Positions 1-14,074 of a stretch of DNA of 64,000 nucleotides are shown here, in pieces. The notes below the pieces were generated by a model. It saw nothing but the letters and a program-made list of their open reading frames with translations, was not told where the DNA came from and ran no database searches. Source of the stretch: Eledone cirrhosa (taxonomy: Eukaryota). Every line of letters starts with the position of its first letter. Positions within the stretch are counted from its first letter, which is position 1. The stretch spans positions 6,324,001 to 6,388,000 of the forward strand of contig OZ024748.1 in NCBI GenBank assembly GCA_964016885.1, read 5' to 3'. Both the position numbers and the translations under genes were made by a program.

Positions 1-201
1 TTTTTCTGTTAAATTTATTTACTTAATTTGATTATGTACAACGCAACATGTATGTATTGTATGTATGGCCCCGTAACTCTTGATAGAGTCGTTGGAGCGC
101 CGTAATAAAATATGGCGTTGCTTTACCATTTTTAAAGCCAAGCTGGAGCCCGTCTCTTTCCGGGCCTGAGTACGGTAGATTTCTTCCAGAGAAAGACACA
201 A

Positions 202-202
<1 letters not shown>

Positions 203-272
<70 letters not shown>
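203..272. repeat. (GA)n microsatellite
   Basis: Pure GA dinucleotide run. Confidence 0.95.
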
Positions 273-276
<4 letters not shown>

Positions 277-477
277 AAATGAGAAAGAGATATAGAAGAA
301 GAATCGACCGCAGGACCTGACTGGTATATTTTTATCGATCTCAAAATCATGAAAGGCAAAGTTGACCTTGGTGGGGTTTTAACTGAGAGAGCAGAGAGCC
401 GGAACGAGTAGTATAAAACATTCTCTCTCACGTTCCAACGATTCTGCCATTTCGCCACATTACAACGCAACATCGCC

Positions 478-615
478 GTATGGTTAAGGAGTTCGCCTTG
501 AAATCACTAGGTCCTGAGTTCGATTCCCATGTGGGACATTTTGGGGCAAGTGTCATTTACCATAGCCTCAGGTCGACCCATGCCTTGAGAATCTAATTGG
601 GGAGACGGGAACTGT
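478..615 (+). mobile_element. tRNA-derived CORE-type SINE, degraded
   Basis: A-box-like tggttaagg, B-box gagttcgattcc, then CORE-like ttggggcaagtgtc. Related copy at 19205-19520. Confidence 0.6.
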
Positions 616-851
616 CTCATGCTGAAACCGTCTGTGTATTAACTTATGTATACACGTGTCTGTGGTATGTTTAAGCTACTTATGCATATATTTCAGGAGT
701 GGGGCATTCCATTAATTGAACATCTAGGAAAATCATCGTCTAATGTGACGGAGGTCCATTCCATTCTATCTAAAGAGAAATAACAACATTATCATCATCA
801 TGTACATTATCATTGTCGTTATTATCTACACTATTAGCATTGTCTCCATAA

Positions 852-1036
852 TAATTGTTTCTAAGTTTGGCACAAGGCCACCAAATACCCAGTGCATTAC
901 TGGTACTTTATTTTATCGACCCCGTAAGGATAAAAGGCAAAGTTAACCTCGGCGGGATTTGAACTCAGAATGGCAAGGGCCGTAACTCTATACGTCAAAG
1001 CATGGCGTCCGACTCTCTACCTATACTGCCAATCCA
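852..1036 (-). mobile_element. tRNA-derived SINE (family S1)
   Basis: Minus strand reads tggcagtatagg...ctgagttcaaatcccgccgagg...ggccttgtgccaaa...gaaacaattatt. About 10 copies in the window. Confidence 0.85.
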
Positions 1037-1094
1037 ACATAATAATGAAATTCGTGATGAGCGTGCTATATATTTCACAGTGTCTATATATATA

Positions 1095-1214
1095 TAAACA
1101 CAAATATATATGTAAACACAAATATATATGTAAACACAAATATATATGTAAACACAAATATATATGTAAACACAAATATATATGTAAACACAAATATATA
1201 TGTAAACACAAATA
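1095..1214. repeat. 18-bp tandem repeat (tgtaaacacaaatatata), about 7 copies, at the junction of a family C element
   Basis: The unit core is the reverse complement of the element start. 1201-1230 is a perfect 30-bp palindrome. Confidence 0.9.
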
Positions 1215-1470
1215 ATTATTTGTGTTTACAACAAATTTTAAACAATCCTCTTGACAACTACAATCTTCCCATATAAGGAAGTACCCCCTTGAAAAGTTCG
1301 GCTATTTAATCACCAGGCTAAAAATTCTAATTTAGTCCAGAAATAGCCGTCGAAACGGCTTGAGCTCTGCCGTCGGGGTCATCCTTTTTCTTATTTCCCA
1401 CTCTACTACCCTATGTATTGAGTACTCCGGTGCGTTATGGTCCATCTGGTTCCTTACCACACTTCTTTAG
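1201..1470 (+). mobile_element. Family C putative Penelope-like terminal fragment in (TA)n
   Basis: Homologous to 10471-10590, 11665-11848, 14433-15308, 18258-18398, 29729-29917 and 31451-31700. Ends in (TA)n. Confidence 0.75.
1284..1379 (+). ncRNA. Type I hammerhead ribozyme, U3-A8 core variant (family C)
   Basis: cccc-TTGAAAA-g..cggctattt/aaatagccg.c-GAAA-cggc/gccg-TC-gggg. Predicted cleavage after 1374. Confidence 0.7.
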
Positions 1471-1726
1471 TTATATATATATTTATATATGAAGGACGGC
1501 GGTTGTATGTGTATATATGTGTGTGTTTCCTCATGTGGGTGTGTGTATGTTTGCGCCTGTATGTATGTGTGTATATCTGAAGGACATTGGTTGTATGTGT
1601 ATATGTGTGTGTTTGTTTGTATGGATGTATGTATGTGTGTATGTACCTGTATGTATGTATGTGTGCATGTCGTTATGCATGTGTACATGTGTGTATTTGC
1701 GTGAGTATATGTGTTTGCACGTGTGC

Positions 1727-1764
<38 letters not shown>

Positions 1765-2524
1765 ACGTCTGTGTGTATGTATTTGTGAGGGTTGGGGGAT
1801 ATATGTGTTTAAGTGTGTTTGTGTTTGTATGTGTGTATATGTGCACGCGTGATGTTCTGTGAGAGTAAGTGTATGTGTCTATGTGTATGTGCGTTTGTGT
1901 GCGTGTACTTGTTGTTCGTGTTGTTATCGTGTGTTCGATATTGTTAATTAACCCGTGAATATAGAGAAAAAAGAAAGGAAGAGACGGAGAGAGAGATAGA
2001 GAGAGATAGAGAGGTTGAGAGAGAAAGAGAGAGAGGGGGGAGAAAGAAAGAAAGAAGGAAGGAACTTTATCTGATGTAAAGTAAAGTGTAATATGATAAT
2101 CTTAGTCTGTTAGTACAAATATCAGAGTGGCATGTTATATACATATATACATACATATATACACACACGCATATATACATACATGCATATATGCATACAT
2201 ATATACATAAACACATACATACATATATACATACACGCATATATGCATACATACATACACACATACATACAAACGTACATATATACACACACGCATATAT
2301 ACATATATACATACATACATAAATACATGCACGCATATATACACACATGCATATAAGCATGTGTGTACATATGCGTGCATAAATACACGCTTATATGCGT
2401 ACATAAATACATATATACATTCATACAAACATACATAGATAATTGCACACATACATACACACGTACACATATACATACATACATACATACATACATTCAT
2501 ATATACACATGCATATGTATAAAC

Positions 2525-2565
<41 letters not shown>

Positions 2566-2712
2566 CATTACAAAACCACACACTTGCCACCATCACCGCC
2601 TACACACAACTTTATATATATTCAATGGAAATACGATCATATCATAATAAAAAACAATACTACTAATTTGTAGTTCGCCATTATTGCTACCATTGTAGTG
2701 TTTTTTTTATAT

Positions 2713-3520
2713 CATGTTGTTGTTGTCGTTATTGTTGTTGTTGTTGTTATTGTTGTTATTGTTGTTATTGTTGTTGTTATTGTCATAGCTCTTGTTCTTG
2801 ATATTGTTGTGGTGGTTGTTGTTGTCGTTATTGTTGTTATTATTGTTGTTATTGTTATTACTCTTGTTCTTGCTATTGTGGTTGTTGTTGTCAATTCTTG
2901 TTGCCGTTTTTATTGTTGTGCTTATTGCTCTTGTTGTTGTTGTTGTTGTTGTTGCTGGTTCGCTTCTTATTAATATTACTGTGCCTGTTGTTAATGTTGA
3001 TGTGTTTTTGGTGGCGGTGGTGTCTTGCTGCTGGTGTCTTTCGTGGTGGTGGTGGTGTTGTCTTTGGTGGTGGAGGTGGTGGTTTTACAGTTGTCTTTGG
3101 TGATGGTGTTGGTGGTGTTGTTTTTGTTGTTTTTGGTGGTACTTCTACTGTTGTTGTCTTTGGTGGTGGTGGTGTTGTCTTTGGTGGTGGAGGTGGTGGT
3201 TTTACAGTTGTCTTTGGTGATGGTGTTGGTGGTGTTGTTTTTGTTGGTACTTCTACTGTTGTTGTCTTTGGTGGTGGTGGTGGTGCTTTTACAGTTGTCT
3301 TTGGTGATGGTGTTGGTGGTGTTGTTTTTGTTGGTACTTCTACTGTTGTTGTCTTTGGTGGTGGTGGTGTTGTCTTTGGTGGTGGTGGTGGTGCTTTTAC
3401 AGTTGTCTTTGGTGATGGTGTTGGTGGTGTTGTTTTTGTTGTTTTTGGTGGTACTTCTACTGTTGTTGTCTTTGGTGGTGGTGGTGGTGGTGGTGGTGGT
3501 GGTGGTGGTGGTGGTGTTGT
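2713..3520. repeat. (GTT/ATT)n and (GGT)n low-complexity tract with higher-order duplicated blocks
   Basis: Repeated block ttttacagttgtctttggtgatggtg...ggtacttctactg, 4 copies in 3080-3480. Confidence 0.9.
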
Positions 3521-3843
3521 TTAGACACAATGTTTTTGGATGTTACTATGGTGACTCATTGTAATTATATCATTGCACAGTCTGACCGCTGTTCATTGAA
3601 ACTGTACTTAGCTCTAGTATTATTGGAGCAAGATAGATATTGATTTTAAAGTGTGACTATCTACAATGTAGGCTAGGCAGGAAAGAGACGAGATAGGGAG
3701 CTAAACAAAGGGAGAGGATAGAGTTGAATTACACAGATATGGTCTTCAGATAAACATACTCTTATACTAAAACATATGTAGGAAGCTAGATAGATTACAC
3801 ACACACATAAACTCTCTCTCTCTCACACACACACGCACACAAG

Positions 3844-3902
<59 letters not shown>

Positions 3903-3908
<6 letters not shown>

Positions 3909-3990
3909 GGTAAATAGAAATAACAACACAAACGGTACAGTATATGGAAGGAGTACATTAGTTTAACACTTGAAATAGTAGGAAAAAGTA
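3903..3990. mobile_element. Family J microsatellite-anchored short repeat
   Basis: gtaaaaggtaaa.agaa.taacaacacaa.cggta.a.tatatggaag also at 11406-11470, 11549-11615 and inverted at 56436-56495. The same end always abuts (GT)n or (AT)n. Confidence 0.7.
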
Positions 3991-4089
3991 TATATATATA
4001 TCTATATACTGTTTGGGCAGGGAAGGAGAAGCAATGCCAATGGCGCTTTTCAGAATATTTAAGAGGAAAGTGAGTGATTTAGTATGGTG

Positions 4090-4350
4090 TATTACTGGTA
4101 CTTTATTTTATCGACTCCGTAAGGACGAAGGCAAAGCTAACATCAACGGGATGGATTTGACCGTAAAGGGCCGCAACTCTATACCGTAAAGCATACTGTC
4201 CGATGCTCTACCGATTGCTGGCAATCCACTGTCCTTATATTAAAGTATAATAATCAAATATATATGTCGCTCGGCGTGATTTGAACTCAGAATATAAAGG
4301 TTAGAAACTTGATAAAGGTTGGCATTTTATCCGATCTCCTAAAGTTTCAA
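4090..4350 (-). mobile_element. S1-type SINE fragments, degraded
   Basis: attactggtactttattttatcgac... and gatttgaactcag match S1. Confidence 0.65.
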
Positions 4351-6014
4351 CCAATCTTGTGTTATGGCAAGAATGAATATTAAAAAATCGATATTGTTTA
4401 CAGCGAGAAATGGATAAAAATTATTAGATTTATAAAATGATTTAATGTTGGCAGGACAAGGAGAACGACTGTCAGTGTTAGAGGGCAAGAGGAATGTCTC
4501 GCATACATGGAGATATTTTAAGGTGTTACTCTATAAACACTCACACATGAATATCACCGCTCCTATACACATATATAGACATATACAAGTACATATATAC
4601 ATACATATATATATATACATACACACATCAGAAACATGCATATACATACATGCTCATATATACATGCTTACTTAGGAACGTACACCACCTCCCCACCCCC
4701 ACCCTCACACACACACATATATATATATATATATGAAGCAAATAAGGAAGTACACATTTATTTGAGTGCTGGAGTGAATGTGTCATTGATATGAGTGTGT
4801 ACGTGTATATGAAGGTTAAGTAGGAATTTATAATAATTCATTCATTGAAAAGTGTATTTTTAGCATTAGTTCTATTAGGGTTGGGTTGAATATATATATA
4901 AAGATACCCTTTCGTCAAGAAAGACCACGGAATTTGTACCTTGAAAGTTCCTCTCCAACATACAAGTCTGGACAAAGTTGTTTGTAGAAGACCAGCAGTT
5001 GCCCATGTATCCGAGTCACCCAGCTCCATTCCATCGATGTTGTCCAAGAGAAAGGCAATGGCCGATAGAGCTTGGCACCAGAGACATCGTACCTCATTTC
5101 TACAGCTGAGTAAACTGGAGCATATTAGGATATGCTATCCTCTTAAGATCAAAAGACGTTCGAGTAAGCAACTGATTTGTCAATTTGTATATCTGAGTTG
5201 AAAGTCATCGAGATTATGGAGGCAATTAGTACAGGAAACTTTTGTTTAAAATCTAGAAAAACCAACATCAAGGGGGAATAATTTCAATAAGATCAACTGA
5301 TCAATCATATTGCACATTGGAATAATTTTGTTTTTGGAAAGCCAATTGATTAAAGCAAAGGATATGTTTGAATCTTTATATCTTTCAATGTTCACTTCCC
5401 TTTTATTAAAATGCTACGATTTAACATAAAGAAGAATATAGTCGTTATTTCCTGTAGATCGGTCTACCAAGCAGAGGTTTTCCCATTAGTTCATATGCAC
5501 AAGATAGATCTTCGTTGGAGAAGCATTTTGATATAAATCAGCAGAAAATATAAACGTTTTCAAATTTCATAGACTTCAACCCAATGGTTAAACCAAGTAG
5601 GTATTACTTGTAAGAACACAAGAGGTAACTTTATCTACTGATTGCTGCTTTAGCTACTAAATGTTTTTTGATAAACATTGAGGATTCGTGAAACCCTATA
5701 TGTCTAATGTGAAACAAAAACTGTTCGTTGTCTGACGAGCGCGTGGGTTTCGTGAAACCTTAGGTTTTGACAGTGAGTCAAAATCTAGTTGATTGATAAA
5801 TGTGGGGTAAAGGAAATCTTAGTAAATGAGAGGTTGTCATTTGACATTTTGTTGATTCATATATCATCTTCACATCCTACATAATGCCATCACATCAGCA
5901 TCATCATCGCCATAATCATTAATACTATATTTATTCATTGTTTTAGAAATTTATCAGTTGTTCCCTTTCTTAAAACAAGAATCAAATACATCTTGGGGAA
6001 CATGCATATATGAA

Positions 6015-6077
<63 letters not shown>

Positions 6078-6078
<1 letters not shown>

Positions 6079-6265
6079 TATCCCGGGTTCAATTAGGGGT
6101 AACCACAGTAAGTAAGTTACTCAATACATAGCAGAGTATAAATATTTAATATATAATATAGAAATGGCTTCTGCAGGACTAGAACTGTTTCATTCGGAGT
6201 AAATCACCAGAAAGCCTGATTTACACCGAAAGAGACAATTCTAGTCCTGTAGAAGCCATTTCTTT
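6078..6265. mobile_element. Family E fold-back element
   Basis: Tail 6078-6158, arms about 6159-6206 and 6217-6263 inverted. Second copy 31007-31197, fragments 11078-11113 and 30630-30675. Confidence 0.8.
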
Positions 6266-6290
6266 ATATATATATTTATATATATATACA

Positions 6291-6357
<67 letters not shown>

Positions 6358-7136
6358 TCTGAACTACACACCTCTTCCCCTAAGAAACTTTACCCGCCAG
6401 AAACATTTCGAAATAAAAATATTTTATTTAAAATAAATAAAGAAATGAACTGAACACTTCATGTCACTTCCTCCGAAGATCCCTTTTCCCCCTACACCTA
6501 TAAACCGTGTGAAATAAAATCACCATGTATCATGTTTTCCTTATGAAATATTCGAATTATAATTCGGTTTAATTAAAATAACGGAAAAAAATAACATGGC
6601 ATTATAGAAAAATAAAGTTGAATAAAATAAAATAATAAATAAATACTATACATTAACATCTGCTGGAGAAAATGTCGGAAACGTTAAAATAATTGTTTTG
6701 CCGACAATACATATAGTAATGGCTGCTTAGAACTTTTCTAACACCTAACAACACTGCCATCACTGATGAAATATGGAGACACGGTGATGGCTATTGTTGT
6801 TGCTATTGTTGCTGTTATTTTTGTTGTTGTTATTGTTGTTTGGTTCGTTGTGTTAGTAGTAGTGTTGGTGGTGGTCTTGGTGGTGTTGTTGTTGTTGTTG
6901 GCGATGTTGGTGGTGTTGGTGGTGTTGGTGGTATTGGTGGTGTTGGTGGTGTTGGTGGTGGTAGTGTTGGTGGTGTTGTTGGTGGTTGTGTTGGTGTTGT
7001 TGATGTTGAGGGTCGTGTTGATGTTGCTGTTGTTGTTGTTGGTGGGGGTATTGTTGTTGTTGGTGATATTGTTATTCCTTATGAGAATGAACCAGCACCC
7101 CCAAAATCGGGCAAATTACGCATACACACACACATA

Positions 7137-7194
<58 letters not shown>

Positions 7195-7564
7195 CATGTG
7201 TGTGTGTGTCTGTGTCTTTGTATGTTTAAGTAATGTGAAGAAAGGTTGCCATGAAGAACAATACAAAAAACAAAACCTATTGCCAGAGATAGAAAATATC
7301 TCAACCCAAAGACATAGTCTTCGGTGACAGGAGTGTAGCAATGATAATTAAAGAGAAAATAAAATTAGCGTTTAAATTTAAGTTTAGATTTACATTCAGT
7401 TTTGATCAAAGATTTCATTTAAATTTAAGTTTAGATTTTGGTCTGGTAAAATGGCGTCTTGAAAAATAAAAAATGGTTGACACTATAAATGGAATCAGAG
7501 ATAAAGAATGGTTAAATAGCTTGAATGGTCACGAGCTCTCTCATTCTCTATCTGTCTGCTCATG

Positions 7565-7662
<98 letters not shown>

Positions 7663-7687
7663 TATATATATATACAGATATATATAT

Positions 7688-7717
<30 letters not shown>

Positions 7718-7718
<1 letters not shown>

Positions 7719-7922
7719 TGTTATACTTTGGAAGGGTCATGTTGCCAATAAGAAACACACTCACCAGTTGCTTTCACTTCAATTTATTATAAATTAAATT
7801 TATAAATTTAGGAATTTATACATTTCCGGTTGGTTGGTTGGTTCCACAACCAGACGATTGTTCATATATTTTCAAAGTTCTTTCGTCACACATTCTGTGA
7901 CCTCTTCACAAATTCAGAAACG

Positions 7923-7926
<4 letters not shown>
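7718..7926. mobile_element. Family A (Penelope-like) short arm joined to an inverted tail tip
   Basis: Matches 23072-23260. Ends in acaaattcagaaacgaaa, the reverse complement of the tail at 50653. Confidence 0.8.
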
Positions 7927-7974
<48 letters not shown>

Positions 7975-8441
7975 TGTCTCACTACCTATCTATCTATATA
8001 TCTGTCTGTCTGTCTTTTTATCGATATATTTGTCAGTGAGTCTTTTCTGACTATCTATCTAACTGAGGAACTACCTATCTATCTGTGAAAATATCTATCT
8101 AAATATATATATTTCTCTCTCAGAAACTCTCCCACTTTTTCATGTTTTTATCTACTTCTCTCTCGATATGTTTGATATAACTATATTTTTCTTACTTTCG
8201 CTACCGCTAAATAAACCTCTCTCTTCTCTCTTCTCCACCATCATCTCTCAATCTCACATTTCTTCTCTCTCTCTCTCTCTCTCCCTTACTTTCTAATTTA
8301 TTCTTCTCTCCAACTGACAATCTCAACACAAAACCAAACGAAATCACGCATGTGTTCGGTAAAAATAACAATAAAACAAAACAAACATAAAGACAGAGCT
8401 GAAACCGAGTCCGTTTGTATATTCATATGTTTAGTCTGACC

Positions 8442-8543
<102 letters not shown>

Positions 8544-8702
8544 TCATCTATCCATCCATATATCATTCCGTCTTTCCATACACGTTTCCATCTCAGAAAT
8601 ACTTTACTGACGCTGGTCAGGCGAGAATCAGAGGCTTGCATGGTTTCAAGTCGCTATCATAAGATATGTAAAACTATAACAGAACACACACTATACGATA
8701 TG

Positions 8703-8759
<57 letters not shown>

Positions 8760-8836
8760 CATACTTGAACCTAATATAGCTGTGTAATTTTGCTTTGTGT
8801 TTTGTTTTGTTTCGTTTATTAACTATATACACATAT

Positions 8837-8918
<82 letters not shown>

Positions 8919-9331
8919 TTATATATATGTATATATATATATGCGTGTGTGTGTGTGTGCATATGCGTAATAAATTGTGTATATGTGTGTCGAAATGATT
9001 CTACAATTCTCTATATGTTTATGAAGCGGGAAACTACAGGAAGGATGAGAAAAAGAAGATGAAAATACAGCAACTAAAGGTAAAAGAGAGTGATAGAGTG
9101 AGTGATTGTATAGGAAAGAGAATGAGAAAGAGACAGGGAAGAGCTGGGAAGAAACAAATGGTGCGTTTTGTTGTGAATTGGTGTCGCGAAAGTTAATGTA
9201 GATTTGAAAATCTGAACACAAAGGGAAATTGATATATTTTAACTTGTAATTTGATGTTGAAATTTACAAGAACACATGTAGATATGTGTCTAGAAAAGTG
9301 TATATTAATGTATACACAAAATCACACACAC

Positions 9332-9422
<91 letters not shown>

Positions 9423-9430
<8 letters not shown>

Positions 9431-9625
9431 TAACAGATGAAAGTTTAAGCAAAGAATCGGTGCTTCAGAAGATCCCGTTAAGGGTGAAAGCAGCAATTCT
9501 TTGCTTAAACTTTAATCTGTTATTTTAATAAATATTTGCTCTACGGTTCTTATATATTTGATATATATTTATCCTTATCGAGCCTTCTTTGGATTTTAGT
9601 CTTCAAATTTATTATTATTACTATG
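9423..9625. mobile_element. Family D fold-back element
   Basis: Short arm 9423-9457 inverted against 9496-9530, then a tail of about 95 bp. Copies at 19886-20142 and 12251-12312. Confidence 0.8.
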
Positions 9626-9676
<51 letters not shown>

Positions 9677-10349
9677 ATGTATGTGTATATATGTGTGTAC
9701 GTATATATATAAACATACATATGCCCACACACACCTATATCGATCTATCTGCCCCCCCCCCCCCCCCCCACCCGCTCTCTGACACTCATTCGCTCTCTCT
9801 ATATATATATGTATATATGGAGAGAGAGAGAGACAGAGTGAGAGAGAGAGAGGAGCTTAAGAAAAATAGCAAAGAGAGGACAAGACAAGGAACGAAAAAC
9901 CTTCTCCATCGAAAACGATTCACACCACCACCACCATCTCCATCCAACACCATCCACAACACCACCATCAGTATCCTATACTCCGACCCCCAAAACTAGG
10001 GTATAACTACAGTTATTCAAAGGAAAGCCATTTATTTTGGACATTAGAGAAAGCTTTATTCCAACTCAGTCCCTTAATGGTTGTAAACCACAGATTCTTT
10101 GCCGTAACAACTAATATTTTCTTGGGGCTGGAGCAACGAAGAGGGGCTGAGTGGTGGTGTTGGTGATGGTGGAGGTTGTGGTGTTAGTGGTGGTGGCGTT
10201 GGAGATGATGATGGTGGTTGTGGTATAAGTAGTGGTTGTGATAGTTTAAGAGATTGAAAGCAAATAGAAAAGTTAAAGATGATCTTAAGAAGAATCTCTA
10301 TCTCTTTCCATCTATCTATCTCTCCCCTCACTCTCACTCTCTCTCCTCT

Positions 10350-10428
<79 letters not shown>

Positions 10429-10470
10429 ATATACACTTTATATATACTTAATAGATATATATATATATAT

Positions 10471-10585
10471 AACGAAGGAAATGTGATAAGGAACCAGGTG
10501 GGCCATAACGCACCAAAGTACTCAATACTTAGGGTAGTAGAGTGGGTAATAGAAACGAGTAGGACCCCGGGGTCCTACTCGTTCC

Positions 10586-10590
<5 letters not shown>
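10471..10590. mobile_element. Family C fold-back element with axis at the predicted ribozyme cleavage site
   Basis: cgagtaggacccc|ggggtcctactcg, axis 10568/10569. Confidence 0.85.
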
Positions 10591-10659
<69 letters not shown>

Positions 10660-10733
10660 AGCTAACAAGATACTGTCACAAGTAGTACACAGTACGGGTG
10701 TGGGGTTTTACACATACGTTCTGCTATCTAACC

Positions 10734-10850
<117 letters not shown>

Positions 10851-11187
10851 AGATAGATAGATAGATATTTGAAAAGACAGATTTTTTTTCTCCTGTCTAT
10901 TTGTTCAGGTAATCCGCTCTAAGCCATTCATCACAACCTAGTAACTACGTAGATAAGTATTGCTGCTGTAATCCTGTTGGACTGTTGCTGTGTGTGTATC
11001 TCTTGTTACACAGCGACTTAACTTGGATTAGTGAAACACACAGTCATCATACACACCTACATATATATATATAACATATAGAAAAGTCTTCTACTGGACT
11101 AGAACTGTTTCACTTATATATATATATATATATATATATGCAAAAGTTCAATTTAAATTGTTGGGATACAACAAGCAAAACTGTTAT

Positions 11188-11263
11188 ATATTGTATTTTG
11201 TCTGATGAAGGCATACCATGATTTAACTTGGTATCCTTGAAATATATATAATGAAATAAATAT
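11188..11263 (+). ncRNA. Minimal type I hammerhead ribozyme (family B)
   Basis: atattgtattttgt-CTGATGA-aggcatacca..tggtatcctt-GAAA-tatata-TA-atgaaataaatat. Stem III is palindromic. Confidence 0.75.
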
Positions 11264-11300
11264 GGTTTTATAAATATAGTTTCCATTTATTAATACTGTA

Positions 11301-11407
<107 letters not shown>

Positions 11408-11483
11408 AAAAGGTAAACAGAATTAACAACACAATCGGTATAGTATATGGAAGAGATATATTAAGTTAACATATATATATATG

Positions 11484-11550
<67 letters not shown>

Positions 11551-11626
11551 AAAAGGTAAACAGAATTAACAACACAATCGGTATAGTATATGGAAGAGAT
11601 ATATTAAGTTAACACATATATATATG

Positions 11627-11664
<38 letters not shown>

Positions 11665-11666
<2 letters not shown>

Positions 11667-11848
11667 AAAATGTTTAACCCCGACGGCTATTTCTGGACTA
11701 AATTCTAATTTAGTCCAGAAATAGCCGTCTAAGCGGCTTGAGCTCTGCCGTCGGGGCTAAACATTTTCCTATTACCCACTCTACTATATTAAGTATTGAG
11801 TACTCTCTTGTGCGTTATGGTCCATCTGGCTCCACACTTCCTTCGTTA
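11665..11848. mobile_element. Family C fold-back element
   Basis: gacggctatttctggactaaatt ct aatttagtccagaaatagccgtc palindrome, with tail to ttccttcgtt(at)n. Confidence 0.8.
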
Positions 11849-12033
11849 TATATATATATATATATATATGCATAGTGCAGCTGTAATTTCGGGTATGCTC
11901 ATTATTATTATTATTATTATATATATCTACTTTGTGATACAGTCTTTATATTTTTTTGGTACTCCCGAAGAGTCGACACGTCGACCTTTCTTTCCAGTTT
12001 TCTATATAAACCATGAACAAAAGTATATGAGGG

Positions 12034-12069
12034 CTTCAACGTATCGGATATAAGTCCTTCTTCAGGAAC
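12034..12069 (-). ncRNA. Degenerate minimal hammerhead-like motif (family H)
   Basis: Minus: gttc-CTGAAGA-agga cttata tcc-GATA-cg-TT-gaag. GAAA is mutated to GATA. Confidence 0.4.
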
Positions 12070-12206
12070 GTGCAGTGAGGATGTTCGGGGAGACAGAGAG
12101 AGAAAGAGGGTGGGTTCAACCGAGGTCGGAAAGATGGAGAAAAAAGAAAAATGATTTAAGATGACTGATAAAAGTAGATACACATACACACACATATATA
12201 TATGCC

Positions 12207-12258
<52 letters not shown>

Positions 12259-13317
12259 TAACAGATTAAAGTGTAAGCAAAGAATCGAGCCCTCTTTGGA
12301 TTTTAGTCTTGAAATGTATGTATGTATATAATATATATATAAATATATATAATATATATATAAACACACACACATATATATATATATATATACATACATA
12401 AATATATGTATAAATGTTTGTGTTCGCGTGTGTATGCGTAGATAGGACACTGGTTAGAGATAAATATGTATATAATAGGTAGGTAGGTTGCTATATCCGT
12501 AAGTAGGTAGGTAAGTTAAAATACCGGTAATTACTACAAAGGAGAAGCCGACAGAGATCAGACAGAAGCCCAGAGAAGCAGGCAGGAAGACAGAATACGA
12601 GAGGTTATAGTGACATCCATAAGTCAGAAATAATTCACAATAATTCTCCTCAATAATAAATTATAATAAAATTACAATAAAATTATAATAAATTATAACC
12701 CCACGTCATATCCTACCACATTATTTATTTGCTTGCTATTTTATTTCATATATATTTATCTATTTCTTATATATTTGTTTCTATATTTGTATAGTTATTT
12801 CAACATTAAAGTAAATCTCGTGTCCGTTCAGTCGTTTGGCTATCTTTAGTGATGCTGTTTCCTTTGACCATTCCGCCATTACAGATATTAACACACAATA
12901 AAACAGACAGTAAATATTAAAGCTAATATGCTAGAGAGAGAGAGAGAAAGGGGGAGGAGGAAAGGACAGTAGAGAGAGCGAGAGAGAGAGAGAGAGAGAG
13001 AAGTAGAGAGGAAGGGAGAGTAAGATCAAGCGAGTGAAGGGAAAGGAGAAGTAGGAGAAAGGAGAAGAAGACGAGCAGTAACAACAACGACAAGGACAAC
13101 AATAGCAATTGTAACAACAGTAACAAGAAAAACAGTTGACATGAAAGAGAAGATAATAATAAAAAAAATATGAAGGAAGCGGTAAGCCTTTGGCCTTTGT
13201 TAAACTTTATTTATGGACAAGAAGTTTGAAGGTGCTGTCCATAAATAACATCAATGCTCCTTCACTGTCGGCCTAGGTCTTTCTCATGATATATATATAT
13301 ATATAGGTGTGTATGTT

Positions 13318-13436
<119 letters not shown>

Positions 13437-13468
13437 CTCATTTGCAACTCCGCAGCGCTCTTATTATC

Positions 13469-13546
<78 letters not shown>

Positions 13547-13735
13547 GGGTGTGTGTATGTATGAGTAGTTGTGTGGGTTTGTATGCAAAAACCCCTGGTA
13601 ACTAAGCCATCCGTGACCAAATTCAACCGTTCCACCGTCCACGCCATTTGACTTTCCAACTCTTTCGTTCATTTTCTGATATATTTTATCTCTCTTTTTT
13701 CGTATATTAATTTTTTTCTCATTTTCATGCAACTT

Positions 13736-13792
<57 letters not shown>

Positions 13793-13805
13793 CATATATA
13801 TATAT

Positions 13806-14074
13806 CCAGGGAGTGTAACTTGGAGTTACTGTAGGTTCACCCAGGTGTGCACTCGAGACTTAGGTTCACTTCAGTGTTGAGGTGTATAGCTAGACAGAGT
13901 GAATTATAGTGAAATAAAATAAAATAACAAGGACGATTGGTTACTCCTTCATTACGCTTATTGATTGGTGACGCGCGTTTCGCCACTCATCAGCTCAAGG
14001 TTCGATCTGTATCGATCTAGCCCGACTCTGTAATCCGCGGTTCGTCAGACCCCTTACAATGGTAATGGAAAAAT

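Noticed and set aside
5470-5790. Possible hAT-like relic (repeated ttcgtgaaacc)
   Set aside because: No TIR pair or TSD could be defined.
11966-11986. ccgaaga-gtcgac-ac-gtcgac as a hammerhead
   Set aside because: No GAAA or stem III follows.
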